DNA from: Eledone cirrhosa | Taxonomy: Eukaryota | DNA length: 64,000 bases | Reading direction: 5' to 3' | Assembly (NCBI GenBank): GCA_964016885.1 | Contig: OZ024741.1 | Location: 348,998,001-349,062,000, forward strand | In this document: positions 28,388 through 43,034 of the stretch, one piece after another | How the letters are laid out: each line of letters opens with the position of its first letter | Position numbering within the stretch: the stretch's first letter is position 1 | Notes under the pieces: model-generated | What the model was told of the DNA's origin: nothing | Database searches by the model: none | The model's input: only the letters and a program-made list of their open reading frames with translations | Position numbers and translations under genes: made by a program

Positions 28388-28756
28388 AAATTTACCTATG
28401 GTTTATATTTTCTATAAATCGAAGGGAAAAAAATATCAGTGATGGTTTGTGCCTCCGGGGAACCCTTTAATTAACCCCCATTAGGGTGTTTTAATATTAT
28501 TGAAATTTTGTGAATAGGCATCATATCTTTTCATTTACCTATGGTTTAAATTTCATATAAATCGAAGGTAAAAAAATTTGCAGATAGGGTTTTCAGCGCC
28601 GGTTTGAACCCTTTGATTAAAATGAAATATACTTATCCAAGTACCCTGGGCAATGTAGTTTCAGAATATATATGGTTATGGCGGTCTATCTCCAAAACCA
28701 TAGTAGGAGTTCGTGAACAAACAAACAGACAGGAACTACAACTTTATATATATAGA
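28388..28756 (-). mobile_element. 5' portion of a non-autonomous Helitron
   Basis: Minus strand begins A|TCTATATATATAAAGTTG..CTGTCTGTTTGTTTG; internal tandem repeat (about 28390 / 28534); a degenerate 3' hairpin may lie at about 26775-26805. Confidence 0.55.
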
Positions 28757-28796
28757 TATATAGATATATATGAGAGAGAGGGGCAGAGGGAGGGAT

Positions 28797-28835
<39 letters not shown>

Positions 28836-29007
28836 GAGTAAGAATGGAAAGAGCACGGAAGTAGAAAGTGTAATTTCTGAAAGAAGAAGAAAACATTTTT
28901 TTAAGGGTTTTTAGAAAATATATAAAGTATGGAATGCTTCAAGAATTTGCGTCGTCGTTGCGCAAGGGCCATGCGCGCGATTCTCCACTGTATCGTTCCC
29001 AATTTTA

Positions 29008-29065
<58 letters not shown>

Positions 29066-29188
29066 AGAGGTTATCACATACATAAAATTAAATTAAATTA
29101 AATCAATGATACATATATGTGTTGCAACTGTTCACTTTTAAGCTCAATGAAGAATTAATAAGTTCAAATCAAAAGATCAGAGCATTAC

Positions 29189-29700
29189 ATCATAAAACGT
29201 GTCTATAGAATCAATCAGATATTAAAATATATACTATTTCTTCCTCTAATCAGCATAATTAACCATATACATAATCAAATCCAGCAAGCTTTAAGAGTAA
29301 ATTTTCTCACGGGGAAATCTCCGACAAATAATTGACCGCAGCCAGTTCGCGTTAACTCCGTTCCATTATTTATCAAATACTTCGGCCGCATGCAGAATCC
29401 GATCAAACATACCGTCAACAGCGCGTAATTAGTAGTAAAATTAAACTTCGAAGAAATGCGCACATACCGTAATTATATCTCGACCATGGTTTCTTCCTTG
29501 TTTAGGACATCCAAATAATATGGACTGTCCTGAGTCAGGATTTTCTTCAGGAGACAAACTCATAAATAGACATTTAATTTCTCGGACAGACCCCGCCAAA
29601 TTTAGATTCAAAAATGGCTAGGATCGCTATGTAGCTGTGTACCAGCCAGAGAGAAAGCGTATATATTTTAATATCTGATTGATTCTATAGACACGTTTTA

Positions 29701-29704
<4 letters not shown>
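29189..29704 (-). mobile_element. HHR-bearing element with about 46-bp inverted arms next to (TA)n
   Basis: 29189-29234 is the reverse complement of about 29659-29704. Confidence 0.7.
29477..29555 (-). ncRNA. Type I hammerhead with branched stem II
   Basis: Minus strand: GTCTC-CTGAAGA-50 nt-GAAA-CCATGG-TC-GAGAT; palindromic ACCATGGT stem III; GUC. Confidence 0.75.
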
Positions 29705-29769
<65 letters not shown>

Positions 29770-29855
29770 AAAGTGAGATTTTTTAAAATAAAAAAAACAG
29801 ATGTCCTACAAGGGTGAGAGTATAAGTAAAAGATATCGAAAATATAAGTGAAGCC

Positions 29856-29991
29856 TTTTTAAGAATATTTATTTATTTCCTTTACTGGTTTCACAGTTTT
29901 TATGCTTTTCAAAACCCTTTATCTCAATTCTACTTTTGAAAAGTACAAGAACTGTGAAACTGGTATGGCAAATAAATAAATATTCTTAAAA
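29856..29991 (+). repeat. Imperfect palindrome centred on a hairpin followed by GAAACTGGTA (half-hammerhead)
   Basis: Arms of about 29856-29914 / 29934-29991. Confidence 0.5.
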
Positions 29992-30047
29992 TGACTCCAG
30001 TTGCATTTTCAATTTCTTTTCCTTACACGCAGACACGCAGACACGCA

Positions 30048-30116
<69 letters not shown>

Positions 30117-30162
30117 ATATACACACACACACACTTATATATATATATATATATATATATAT

Positions 30163-30196
<34 letters not shown>

Positions 30197-30569
30197 TTCT
30201 GTGTGTGTGCGTAATACTATAAAATGTGTGTTGTGGTAGATCTAAACGTTTTATCAAAATTATTAACAATTCTTACAATTTGAAGTGTGGAACAAATTTG
30301 TTGTTTCTTGCTGAAGATGTTGCAATCACCACAATTACAGCTGTTGTTTATATTGTTACGGGTGTTTATATTTTTGTTGATGTTGTTATTGTTAGGAAAC
30401 ATGTTAATACTTCATTCGTATTAGAAATGCAAAATTAGTAATTGTTCCCCTTACGAAACAATTGTAACTAAATGAATCAAATTTTGGAATTAGAATATAA
30501 TAAAGGCGAAAATAATTGCACACAAAAGCTCTTTCACTTTCTCTCTCTCTCACACACAAACAACCACAG

Positions 30570-30650
<81 letters not shown>

Positions 30651-30735
30651 TACATACACTAACACACACATACATACTAACGTCTAAGGAAATATATATA
30701 AATATACACACACGCACGCAAACACGCATACATAC

Positions 30736-30786
<51 letters not shown>

Positions 30787-31085
30787 AAGGTTATATTTAA
30801 TTTGTTGGGATTCAACAAGCTTAAAAATGTTATATATATTTTATAAAAATGTTTATATATATTTTATAAATATTTTATATATATATATATTATATATATA
30901 TATGGGTAGTGGGTGAGTATGTATGTGTATAATTTATTTATTCTATTACTACATTTGTTTCCATTTGTTATGGTATATTTTCTTGTATTGTTTTCATTTT
31001 TTTTATTTCGTTTGCAGTTTTAAAGCTCTTTTATTTTTAAATTGGTTGTTAACGGTTAATTTAAACCTGTAACAAACCTAATGCA

Positions 31086-31148
<63 letters not shown>

Positions 31149-31390
31149 TTATTTAAATATATATATATAGATATAAGAGAAGTATAAATAAATAAATAAA
31201 TAAATAAATACATACACAAGCACAATAACAACAAACACATATAAACACACACTAGTAAACTAAGATAGAATACAATAACCAATACACAGTCACCCAAACA
31301 AGAACACACATCAAACAAAACACTATACACACACGCAAACGCATGCGCAGAGAAGACAAAAAATAAACAAATAAATAAATAAATAAACAA

Positions 31391-31451
31391 GGGCGGTGCC
31401 CCAGCATGGCCTCAGCCGGATGGCTGAAACAGGTAAAAGAGTAAAAGAGTA
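31391..31451 (+). mobile_element. Short retroposon 3' fragment with (AAAGAGT)n tail
   Basis: Homologous to 27117-27174; TAAACA occurs on both sides. Confidence 0.75.
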
Positions 31452-31508
31452 AACAGCCTAATTAAAGAGTGCTTAGGCATACAATGCAACGGGAGGAAAC
31501 ATAATAGC

Positions 31509-31550
31509 ACCACTGACGATGTTGCAGATGTGCAGCGAAAGAACTTTGAT
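31509..31550 (+). ncRNA. Degenerate hammerhead-like motif
   Basis: CTGACGA-T-GTTGCA/GATG/TGCAGC-GAAA-GAACTT; stem I is poor. Confidence 0.4.
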
Positions 31551-31826
31551 AGACTATATATATATGTGTTTGTGTTTATATTGTATCTGTATTTTTGACC
31601 GTTGGTCAGTCCATGGCAACATTGAGGACCGAATAAATTAAATTAACCGATATAAAAGACACAGAAGAGAAAACCAACCAAACAGTGATTGTGTTCTGTT
31701 ATTAATTCTGGCAATATTATTACACAAATATGACCCTCCCCAAGTATAACAATATTTGTTTCGACACACGATTTCATATCAAAAGCCTCGCAAAACTAAT
31801 TCATCGCCGTTATATATATATATATT

Positions 31827-31866
<40 letters not shown>

Positions 31867-32012
31867 TTTTGAGTTTATGTTGGTTGTATACCAACACCTC
31901 AGTATGCAGGCTGGAGCACTCGACGAAGTGCGCAGGTTGGTTTGGTTACTCCGGAGTAGTGTAAAATAAAGTTAAATAAAAGTCAAATGATTAAAATTTA
32001 GCTTCGTTTATT

Positions 32013-32067
32013 ACTGCTATATATATTTCAGTGACAGCCATCTTTGGCTGTGACCTCTTCAGGCAGT
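32013..32067 (-). ncRNA. Type I hammerhead ribozyme
   Basis: Minus strand: ACTGC-CTGAAGA-GGTCACAGCCA/AAGA/TGGCTGTCACT-GAAA-TATATA-TA-GCAGT. Confidence 0.8.
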
Positions 32068-33027
32068 TTGAATTAGTATGGTATAGACAAGTACATATGT
32101 TGTTTACGTGTATGATATTGTCAATACTCTGATATGCCCAGTTCCTTGCTGGGTTGTTAATTCACTGGGGAACTGGAGTCATATGAATTCAAACAAACGA
32201 ATTTTCGTGTCACAGGTCCCCTTCTCCTCTCATTGGTCAGTTATTAGTGTTGTCATTGTTGGAGTTAGCTTAAAAATTGATAAAATGGTAGAAGGGACAA
32301 GGTGTTGAAGGAACAAAATATCAAAAAATGTGTCAAACTTCCCATTGTTCAGTTCTGAGAGCATTCCTCAGTCAGAAGTCTATAGAATTCTTTCTGGGGT
32401 GAGGCTCCCTGTAGTGTTTATGCCTGCTATTGTTCAGTACATTTGACCTCCACCATTATTTTGGTACTGTTGTTGTTGTAGTGGTCAGCTTATATCTTGC
32501 TGCTGCTAACAATTTAGAAGTATTCAGTTTGTGTTTTCTCTTCATCCCACCCGCCACCATCGTAGTGGTGGTGGCGGGGGGGGGGGGGTTATTTCATGTA
32601 TATGAAGAAATATAAGGCAATAAATGAAGAAAACAGAAGATAAATAAATAATATAATAAAATAAAATAATTAATATAATTTGTGTAATTTGAAAATAAAT
32701 AAATAAATAAATAGAGAATAAAGAATAAAGAGTAAATGAGAGATTGGTGAAAAAGTAACGATAATGTATATGGAGAAGTGAGAAATAATGTAGGATAAAG
32801 TGGTGTGTGTGTGTGTGTGCTATAACCAATCTCAAGGTCAGAATATGTTGGATAGATTGGTATGATACAAGATGTTAAGATGTACTGAACAATAGCAGGC
32901 ATAAACACTACAGGGAGCCTCACCCCAGAAAGAATTCTATAGATGTTAAGATGTTTGGAGGCCAAAAGCAACGGTCACTTTTTAAAAGGGTACGTCAATG
33001 TCTATTTATAAAACTGTTATATATTGT

Positions 33028-33090
33028 ATTTTGTCTGATGAAGGCATACCATAATTTAACTTGGTATCCTTGAAATATATATAATGAAAT
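33028..33090 (+). ncRNA. Type I hammerhead ribozyme
   Basis: ATTTTGT-CTGATGA-AGGCATACCA/10 nt/TGGTATCCTT-GAAA-TATATA-TA-ATGAAAT. Confidence 0.7.
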
Positions 33091-33218
33091 AGATATGGTT
33101 TTATAAATATAGTTTCCATTTATTAATATCGTATATCTACTCCAAATATTTGTCGAGTGCTTTATATCAGTTATAAAAATATTTGCTTGTTGTATCCCAA
33201 CAATTTAAATAGAACTTT

Positions 33219-34100
<882 letters not shown>

Positions 34101-34101
34101 G

Positions 34102-34359
<258 letters not shown>

Positions 34360-34779
34360 TATGGTGCTAAAATTAGAAAGACCTCAAAAACGGGTAGTAC
34401 TCGATTTACAGATTTTCATTCCAGCCGTCCATCATTCGACATGAAAACTATCAAGTGCATGTCAGAGATCGGCTTGTGGCGAGTTAAGTACTACTACCTC
34501 GTCTGCAAATTCCAGCCGACTAATTCTACACTCGCCAGTGGTGATACCAACAGCAATGTCGTAACTAATAACATTTTATCAAATTACAGATTGCTGCCTT
34601 TTTCTATAAAAAGAGTATGCCTTATATAAACCTTCGTTGTTATGTCGCAATCTTGAAAATTTACAACGTTGAGTGCTGAATTCTACGTTCTCAAATTCTA
34701 ACTGATCAACAAGTACAATTCGAAAACTTATATATATATATATAAAGATATATATATATAAATAAATATATAAATATAT

Positions 34780-34949
<170 letters not shown>

Positions 34950-35371
34950 CAACACTTAGACGAACTGAATGAGGAATTATATGCATACGAGGCGGAAAGA
35001 AATGGAGTTCTGTAAAAATAACGGTTGAAAAGAACTCTGTATCATATCAAATTTGACATTTACACATGTGTCAACTATTAGTAAAATAGAAGGAATTGAT
35101 ATTTTTAAAGATTACAATATAATGGCTACAATATTATTTTTCTTTTCATATTTAAAAGTTACAAAATGTTTTGGTTTGTAAAACGTGTAGACTGAAAAAT
35201 TATCTTTTAAGAAAGAGTTGTGCACATTGTATAATTTCTAAACGATTTTATTTCAAAGAGAGATGTTTGTAAATGAAAGTATAGACACGAAACTATATAT
35301 CCTAGTCATAGAAACCGAATATAACATCGCAAAAACAGCCTACACTTGTAAATCAAACAAATGTATATATA

Positions 35372-36578
35372 TAAGTATGTATACGTACATATATATATGT
35401 ATACAGACGTACAGTAGTATGTATATATATATACATACATGCACACACATATATATATGTACGTATGGATTCACCGAACATTTATTATAATGCTCGGTGT
35501 GTTTGTAAACAAACAACCCGAATTAAGCCGTACAGTGTCTAGCAACAATCGTTGCTCATTTGTTCAACACTGACAGTTTCAAGCTTATTAGCTATCGTCA
35601 GCAACGTATACCTTCCTGCCAGATGGTTGGACGTCTGAAAGTATATACTTTCCTTATGCATATTAACGGCTGAGCAGCCTAAGTTGCATGTCGATTGAGT
35701 TAATCGGCCGGGGTACCGAAAACGATAAACGGAAAAAATGAAACGAAATTTCATTTCTCACTTTTAGTACGGCTGTTACTTAAATATAAGTATGTATACC
35801 TACATACATATATGTATACAGACGTACAGTAGTATGTATATATAAATATATACATACATGCACACATATATATATGTACGTATGGATTCACCGAAAATGT
35901 ATTATAATGCTCGGTGTGTTTGTAAACAAACAACCCGAATTAAGCCGTACAGTGTCTAGCAACCATCGTTGCTCATTTGTTCAACACTGACAAAGGAACG
36001 CTGTACTAGTTTCAAGTTTATTAGCTACATATATATACATACTACTGTACGTCTGTATACATATATGTATGTACATACACATACTTAGATTTAAGTAACA
36101 GCCGTACTAAGAGTGAGAAATGAAATTTCGTTTCATTTTTTTCCGTTTATCGTTTTCGGTACCCCGGCCGATTAACTCACTCGACATGCAAATTAGGCTG
36201 CTCAGCCGTTAATATGCATAAGGAAAGTATATACTTTCAGACGTTCAACCATCTGGCAGGAAGGTATACGTTGCTGACGATAGCTAATAAGCTTGAAACT
36301 AGTACAGCGTTCCTTTGTCAGTGTTGAACCAACGAACAACGATGGTTGCTAGACACTGTACGGCTTAATTCGGGTTGTTTGTTTACAAACACACCGAGCA
36401 TTATAATAAATATCCGGTGAATCCATACGTACATATATATATGTGTGCATGTATGTATATATATATATATACATACTACTGTACGTCTGTATACATATAT
36501 GTATGTACGTATACATACATATATTTAAGTAACAGCCGTACTAAGATTGAGAAATGAAATTTCGTTCCACTTTTTCTG
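35372..36578. mobile_element. Retrozyme-like array: about 434-bp units, roughly 1.5 on the minus strand and 1.25 on the plus strand, joined at about 36030
   Basis: CATACTACTGTACGTCTG at 36038 and 36472; AACCCGAATTAAGCCG at 35515 and 35932; the two halves are reverse complements. Confidence 0.8.
36268..36310 (+). ncRNA. Minimal type I hammerhead ribozyme
   Basis: ACGTTG-CTGACGA-T-AGCT/AATA/AGCT-T-GAAA-CTAG-TA-CAGCGT; partial mirror copies near 35575-35608 and 35997-36027. Confidence 0.85.
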
Positions 36579-36646
<68 letters not shown>

Positions 36647-36651
36647 CGTGC

Positions 36652-36759
<108 letters not shown>

Positions 36760-37039
36760 GCTTTACAGAATACCCAACGTTTCCCAGGCTGAAATGTAAC
36801 TGTAAATGTTCTTAATTGTCGTATATTTTGTTTGATAGAACACTATTTTGTTTCTCTTTAAAAAATTAAATATTTATATCATCATGGTTTCTAAAGTACT
36901 GAGCTACAAATACGAACTCAATATGAATATTTAACTTCGTAATTAAATTGTGTAAATGATCTGTAATTAATTTATTTGTGTTAAATTAAAACTATGGAAT
37001 TAAATTCAATGAAACTATAAACAATTGTCATTTATTTTT

Positions 37040-37245
37040 TGGCAGTATCGGTAGAGTGTCGGACGCCATGCTTTACAGCATAGATTTATGGCCATTTATT
37101 TTCTGAGTTCAAATCCCGCCGATGTTAACTTTGTCTTTAATCCTTATGGGGTCGATAAAATAAAGTACCAGTCATGCACTAGGGTCGATTAGATCGACTT
37201 TCGTCTCCCCCAAAATTGTTGGCCTTGTGCCTACATAAGAAACCA
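37040..37245 (+). mobile_element. tRNA-derived SINE
   Basis: Same family; long form with GGGTCGATT..ATCGACT. Confidence 0.85.
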
Positions 37246-37582
37246 CTAATGTTATATTATTATTAAACATATCATCAAGTTTTACGAAACAATTTAATAC
37301 TTAAAAGACTTCAAATTTAGTAGAAATCGGAGTGTTGATTGTCAAATATTCATTGGGGATAAAAGCATTCTCATAACGTGTGGAAACTTGAGTACCCAGA
37401 GTTAACCCGTACACCCAGATATTAGATATGGTTAGGTGCAATACATCAAACAATAAAATAAAGATATTGAGAATTGTAATGGATATCAGGTTTACGAAAT
37501 TAGGTTTCAAATCAGCGTTGCCATAATAATTCTGAATACTTCCATGTTAGCACCTCATAATGCACATGTTGGCTTTTAGCTG

Positions 37583-38055
37583 TTGGATATCTATCAACTC
37601 TTTGGCACTCTACGTAAAATTAGTCATACGCCAAGTAGGATTCTTGCGCCTCTGTTTCTGCTTTCTCTGAGCTCACTTGCGCTTGGAAGCAGATGCTGTT
37701 GTAAGTGGGTAACATCTTTTTTCTGGTGTTATTGCAGACCTGTCAACTTCTGAAAACCCAAACGGGGAGTACCATGAACAAAGTGCCCCAAAATGAAGCA
37801 AAATGAAGAGATATTACATAATGAAAGCGTACCCATTTTCACAGGAGAAGGCATCTTTCCCCCACTCCAAAGCGGTAGATCTCCCCGTCCGATGGTGAGA
37901 GTCGACGGGTGTGCAGTTGGATATCTATCAACTCTTTGGCACTCTATATAAAATTAGTCATACGCCAATAAGGATACTTGCGCAACTGTCTCTGATACTC
38001 TCTAAGCTCACTTGCGCTCGGAAGCTGAGGCTGTTGTAAGTGGGGAACATCTTCT
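37583..38055. repeat. Diverged direct duplication of about 135 bp (37583-37718 / 37916-38053)
   Basis: GTTGGATATCTATCAACTCTTTGGCACTCTA... occurs twice. Confidence 0.85.
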
Positions 38056-38199
38056 TCATTGTATTATTGGCAGCGGCATCATTAATATGATTTACAATGA
38101 AACTCAACAGAATGTCATTTTACATAGAAATGCAATTGCAAGCTAAAATAAAAGACACAAATATGAGCACTGACAGAGTTGTAAATATGTTCACGAGCT

Positions 38200-38905
38200 G
38201 TCTAATTGTACAGAAGATATCATTATATCGACATTGCGTCCGGATCGAAGGTAAAAATAAAAATTTGTTTCTACTCTTTATATTCTGAGATCAAATTTCA
38301 CGGAAGTCAACTTTGCATTTTAACCGTCCAGGAGCAATAAAATAAAGTACGACTCAAATACTGGCTCAACCGAAATTTCGGACCTTCCACATATGTTACA
38401 AACGATGGTTATTATTAATATTAATAGTTGGCATATAGTTACGGTAGCATCCAGGTTAGCTTTGTCTTTCATCATTACAGAGTCAATAAAATAAAGTACC
38501 AACAATGCATTTAATCGACTTTCTCCTCCCGCAAAACTGTTGACCTTGTGCCTAAATCAGAAACAACTGTTAATGACTATAGTCGGTATATAGTTCGTTC
38601 CTTTACGCGGCATAAAGTTACGTACCTTTACGTTCTGAGTTAAAAAAAACATTGAAGTTAGCATTTCCTTTCATCCTTACGGGATCGGTAAAATAAAGTC
38701 AAAATATTATTGACCTTGTGCTTAAATCAGAAACCATTATTAATAATAAAGTATAGGGTGATGGATTGGAAGTACTGGTAGAAGCATTGAACAAAATGCT
38801 TTACAGCATTCAGTTACAACGTTCTACGTTCTACGTTCAAATATCGCAGTTGTCAATTTTGCCTTTTATCCCGATTAACTACTGTTAGAACTATATTAGA
38901 AATAA
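38200..38905 (+). mobile_element. Cluster of about 4 old head-to-tail SINE copies
   Basis: Repeated degenerate TTCTGAG..CAAAT / TTTCATCC / ATAAAATAAAGTAC / CCTTGTGCCTAAA motifs. Confidence 0.7.
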
Positions 38906-40407
38906 TTATCAATAATAGTAAAGTGCAGGCACAAATCTGTGGATTGTATGACTAAAGAGTAAATAGATTTTCGCAGTTATTTGTTTTGCGTATCGCCCAG
39001 GTCATTTTGTAGACTGGCTGAAGTTATTCAATTTCTTAATCAGCGATTATTTGACAAGAAATTTGATCAGGGATCAGTTGTGTATTGCGACTAAAACATT
39101 ATATTGTGGTATAACCACAGAATCTCCAGCCTGAGACTAACTTGATATCTTCATACACATCATTTTTCGGTTACAACCTCAGAGTCATCGTTTCTTCCAC
39201 ACTGTACATATACACCGCAGTTATGGAAATTCTACAAAAGAGCCATAGTTGCTTCCCTTCCTACTCTGACGCACAGATTAGAAAAACTCCCATCCAGAAA
39301 TGACATAGTGTAGAGCACGAACCAACGAAGAAGTGCCAACAGGGTTTTACGGCTTGCTTCGTCTGGAAATAGTAGTTAAATCAACATCACATCTCCGATT
39401 TGAATGCTCGATAAGAAGGCTGAATTCAAATAAAAGCTCTTACTACGATAATATAAGAAAGATAACTAATATTTGATATAGTTATTCAAAGGCATAAATT
39501 ATGAGTATAAAATATGGTGATCCATCAAATTGTAGTAAAGAAGGAGAAATAATAAACACACTGATTACTTTATGTGCCTGAAAACTACGATTGTAAGTAA
39601 TGGCGGATTAGAGTTAGGGAATATTTTTGAAAGCAGAACCAAATATCTTTCGACACACACCAAGGCATGAAATTAAACATCTTGAATTGTATCAATATTT
39701 CTTTATTAAAATCATTCTTAGCACACAACCATTATATCTGACGATAAATTCCTTTGTTTACAAGGTCTTATGTAGAATATCAAAAGCCAGTCAGCAAGAT
39801 AATGAAACTAATGAGAGAGTGTAAGAAATCGTTAATGGAAAACAAATTGACAAAGTGTCAGGGTGCAAATAGGGTACATTTATCAATACAATTGTGTGTG
39901 CATCGAATATATATTAGCTTTAGGGATAACTGCTTCAACGTAGGGATTTGCTTATGAAAAGTAATCGAATAAGTAGGGGATATATATCCCTATAGACGCA
40001 ACAAGTAGGCAGCAATTCGACTTATTTTCGTGAAAAAAACCCTGCAGTAAAGCAGTTAACTTTAAAGCTAGTATGTCGTTTGATCACACTTGCTGACTCG
40101 AAGTCAATATGGATATTACTTAGACCCAGATCAATACTAATCGATCAGGCTCATGCAGAAAGGAATGTTAACCCTGTCGATCCTGTCATTTTGTGTATCA
40201 GATATACTTTGGTCAATATCTTTTTTATTCAAAGCGTTAGAATATGATTTGTGGGAGAGTTGGCAGGTAGAACGACGGCATTGAGGTCGTTTGTTGAAAG
40301 CCGTGAGAAACTGACACATCAATGGTTTAAAATAGTGTTAGGCAATGATACGTTAGGCAGGCTGCATTATACGCTTATCTACCAGAAAACTACTCTATCT
40401 CTCAATC

Positions 40408-40519
<112 letters not shown>

Positions 40520-40684
40520 TATATTTCCTTCATTTTTTTTAAAAGTTGGCTGGTGTCAGATCTGGTATGAGGTTTGAGATACCTTCAGCTGGTGAGGAGT
40601 GAAATAGGTTTTGATAGGAAGAGCAATTTTTCGGTTATACATATATATATGTGTGTGTGTGTGTGTCTGTGTGTGCGCGCGTGT

Positions 40685-40727
<43 letters not shown>

Positions 40728-41239
40728 TGTGTGTATACATATATATATATATATATAGGTATATATACATTCATACATATAATATACTTACATATACCAC
40801 ATTATAATAATTCATATTTCATTTTAATCAGACGAAACGAGACAGTAATGTGCTGTGTGTACTTTTAATGTCCGGTGAGGAGGGAGAAAGACACAAGTCT
40901 TCAAAAAATAGCTGCTTAAGGAACAACAAATTTCAAATATCTTCTGGCAGTTTATCAAGCCGGGTCAGAATAGCAAATATTAAAGTTGACAGCGAATCAA
41001 ATCAGACACGAAAGATGGCGCTGGAGTAGATAGTTCTGCCAACAATTGCTCGTGGACATATATTATTTTTTAAATAGCCGATGTATTTTTTTTTTTATAG
41101 TGGGGGCTTTAAATTGCTCAATATAAATATAAATTGTGTATACGTGAATAAATGACACCGTATACATGTGTATTTATATACCTGTCTTAATTCGATTGAA
41201 AGTTGATAAATATATATATGTGTGTGTGTGTGTGTGTGC

Positions 41240-41307
<68 letters not shown>

Positions 41308-41819
41308 CTCTGAGTGTATAAATACATATGGGTATGCAAGTGAATCCAAGTGTCTAAGAAAATCAATTAGAGAAGATTACATTTAATTCATACCCTAATG
41401 ACTCTCCCAGCGCATCTCCCTTACCATTCTCCAGGAAAACGCCTTCTCCATGTCCCCCGGGGCTATGGGGCGGCCAGCACGTGGGACCCTATTTGCTCAC
41501 TATACAGAGAGATGGGGAGGGCGAGAGAGATGGGGGCGATGATGGTGTGAGTTCGGCTCTTCCGTGTTCGGACACATTGCATCTGTCAAGAGTGTATTTT
41601 CATACTGATATATATTATCACCCAAATTGTGGACCTAGTGCCAATTATAGTCCTTCTTCGTGTGTACTTTGGTGAATCTCCCTCTTCGCTCTCCCTCTCC
41701 ATCTCGGATTGTTTAACGTGTATAAAATATGTTTTATTCCTGTCTATCTATTGCCTTCTTCTCTCTTTGAAAATTGAAGTAGATTTCGACGTAACAGACT
41801 AAACAAAATACTCTAATAA

Positions 41820-41912
41820 TTACTGTTTCTACTTCGGACACAAGGGCAGCAATTATTCCAGTGGTATTTTATTTTATCGACCGTGTAAGGATGAAAGACA
41901 AAGTTAACCTCG
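41820..41912 (-). mobile_element. SINE 3' fragment
   Basis: TTTTATCGACC..AAGGATGAAAGACAAAGTTAACCTCGG. Confidence 0.75.
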
Positions 41913-42274
41913 GGGCGTAGAAGCCAATTGTACGAGGAAAGATGGGGAACAGCACTCACGGGGGTTGAACACACACTTCTTGTTAGTTAATGTTACTGTA
42001 AAATCTTCTTACTCAATTTCAAATTCTGCTCCCTGTTTTCTAAACACAAGTGCTTTCTTTTTTACCTATGGCTATTAGGTTATAGATTCTAGAAGTAACC
42101 GATGGTTATGGGTGGGTGAATTAGCGTAAATTGTAGGGCACTTATTCTGCAAAAAGAGCTGTGCCTTCGAACACCCATGTATGTAGATGCCTATCTTTTT
42201 CCGTTCAGTGAGCTGATACGCCCCATTTTTATTAGACGATTTTCTTCTGTCAAAGTTACAGCTAAACCTTCTAT

Positions 42275-42321
<47 letters not shown>

Positions 42322-42423
42322 GAAATAATATATATATATATATATATAATATATAAAATAATAATAATATATATATATATATTTATATATATATATATGT
42401 ATATACACTCGCACACACATAAA

Positions 42424-42503
<80 letters not shown>

Positions 42504-42513
42504 TATATATACA

Positions 42514-42611
<98 letters not shown>

Positions 42612-43034
42612 CAAACACATACACATGATGTGAATGTGTGTATATGTGTTTGAGGATACATTTGCACAGCTACACTACACTACACTGCAACCCCACACAA
42701 ACATTATTTAAACTGGAACAGGTCCAAATCTATTATTCAACTAATTAAGAGTCTCGAAATTGGAAGTAAAATCTGTTGGAATGGCGCCAGCATTATTCTG
42801 GTTTAGCTTGCATTAAATTCCACGACATTCTCCTCCTAGATGCTTCCAGAACATATTTCCTAGACTAGAATGTCTTTTGGTGATAGCGTGCTTCTGTGTG
42901 TGTTCTTGTACGTGTGTGGGGGGAGGCGTTGTGTCTCTGCGTGTGTGAGTGTTTTGAATTATGGGGATTCATTCCGTATCAGGGGGATTTTCTGATCTTT
43001 AATTCAATTTATTCTCATCCATCTCCCTTATGTC

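Larger units (their letters stand above)
27329..28388 (-). mobile_element. HHR element: 437-bp partial tandem unit plus inverted copy, with two nested SINEs
   Basis: Repeat starts at 27329 and 27766; inverted copy at 28049-28388; 33-bp x3 minisatellite at 27571-27670. Confidence 0.7.

Noticed and set aside
37599-37640. miR-96/263-like seed TTTGGCAC
   Set aside because: No convincing pre-miRNA hairpin.
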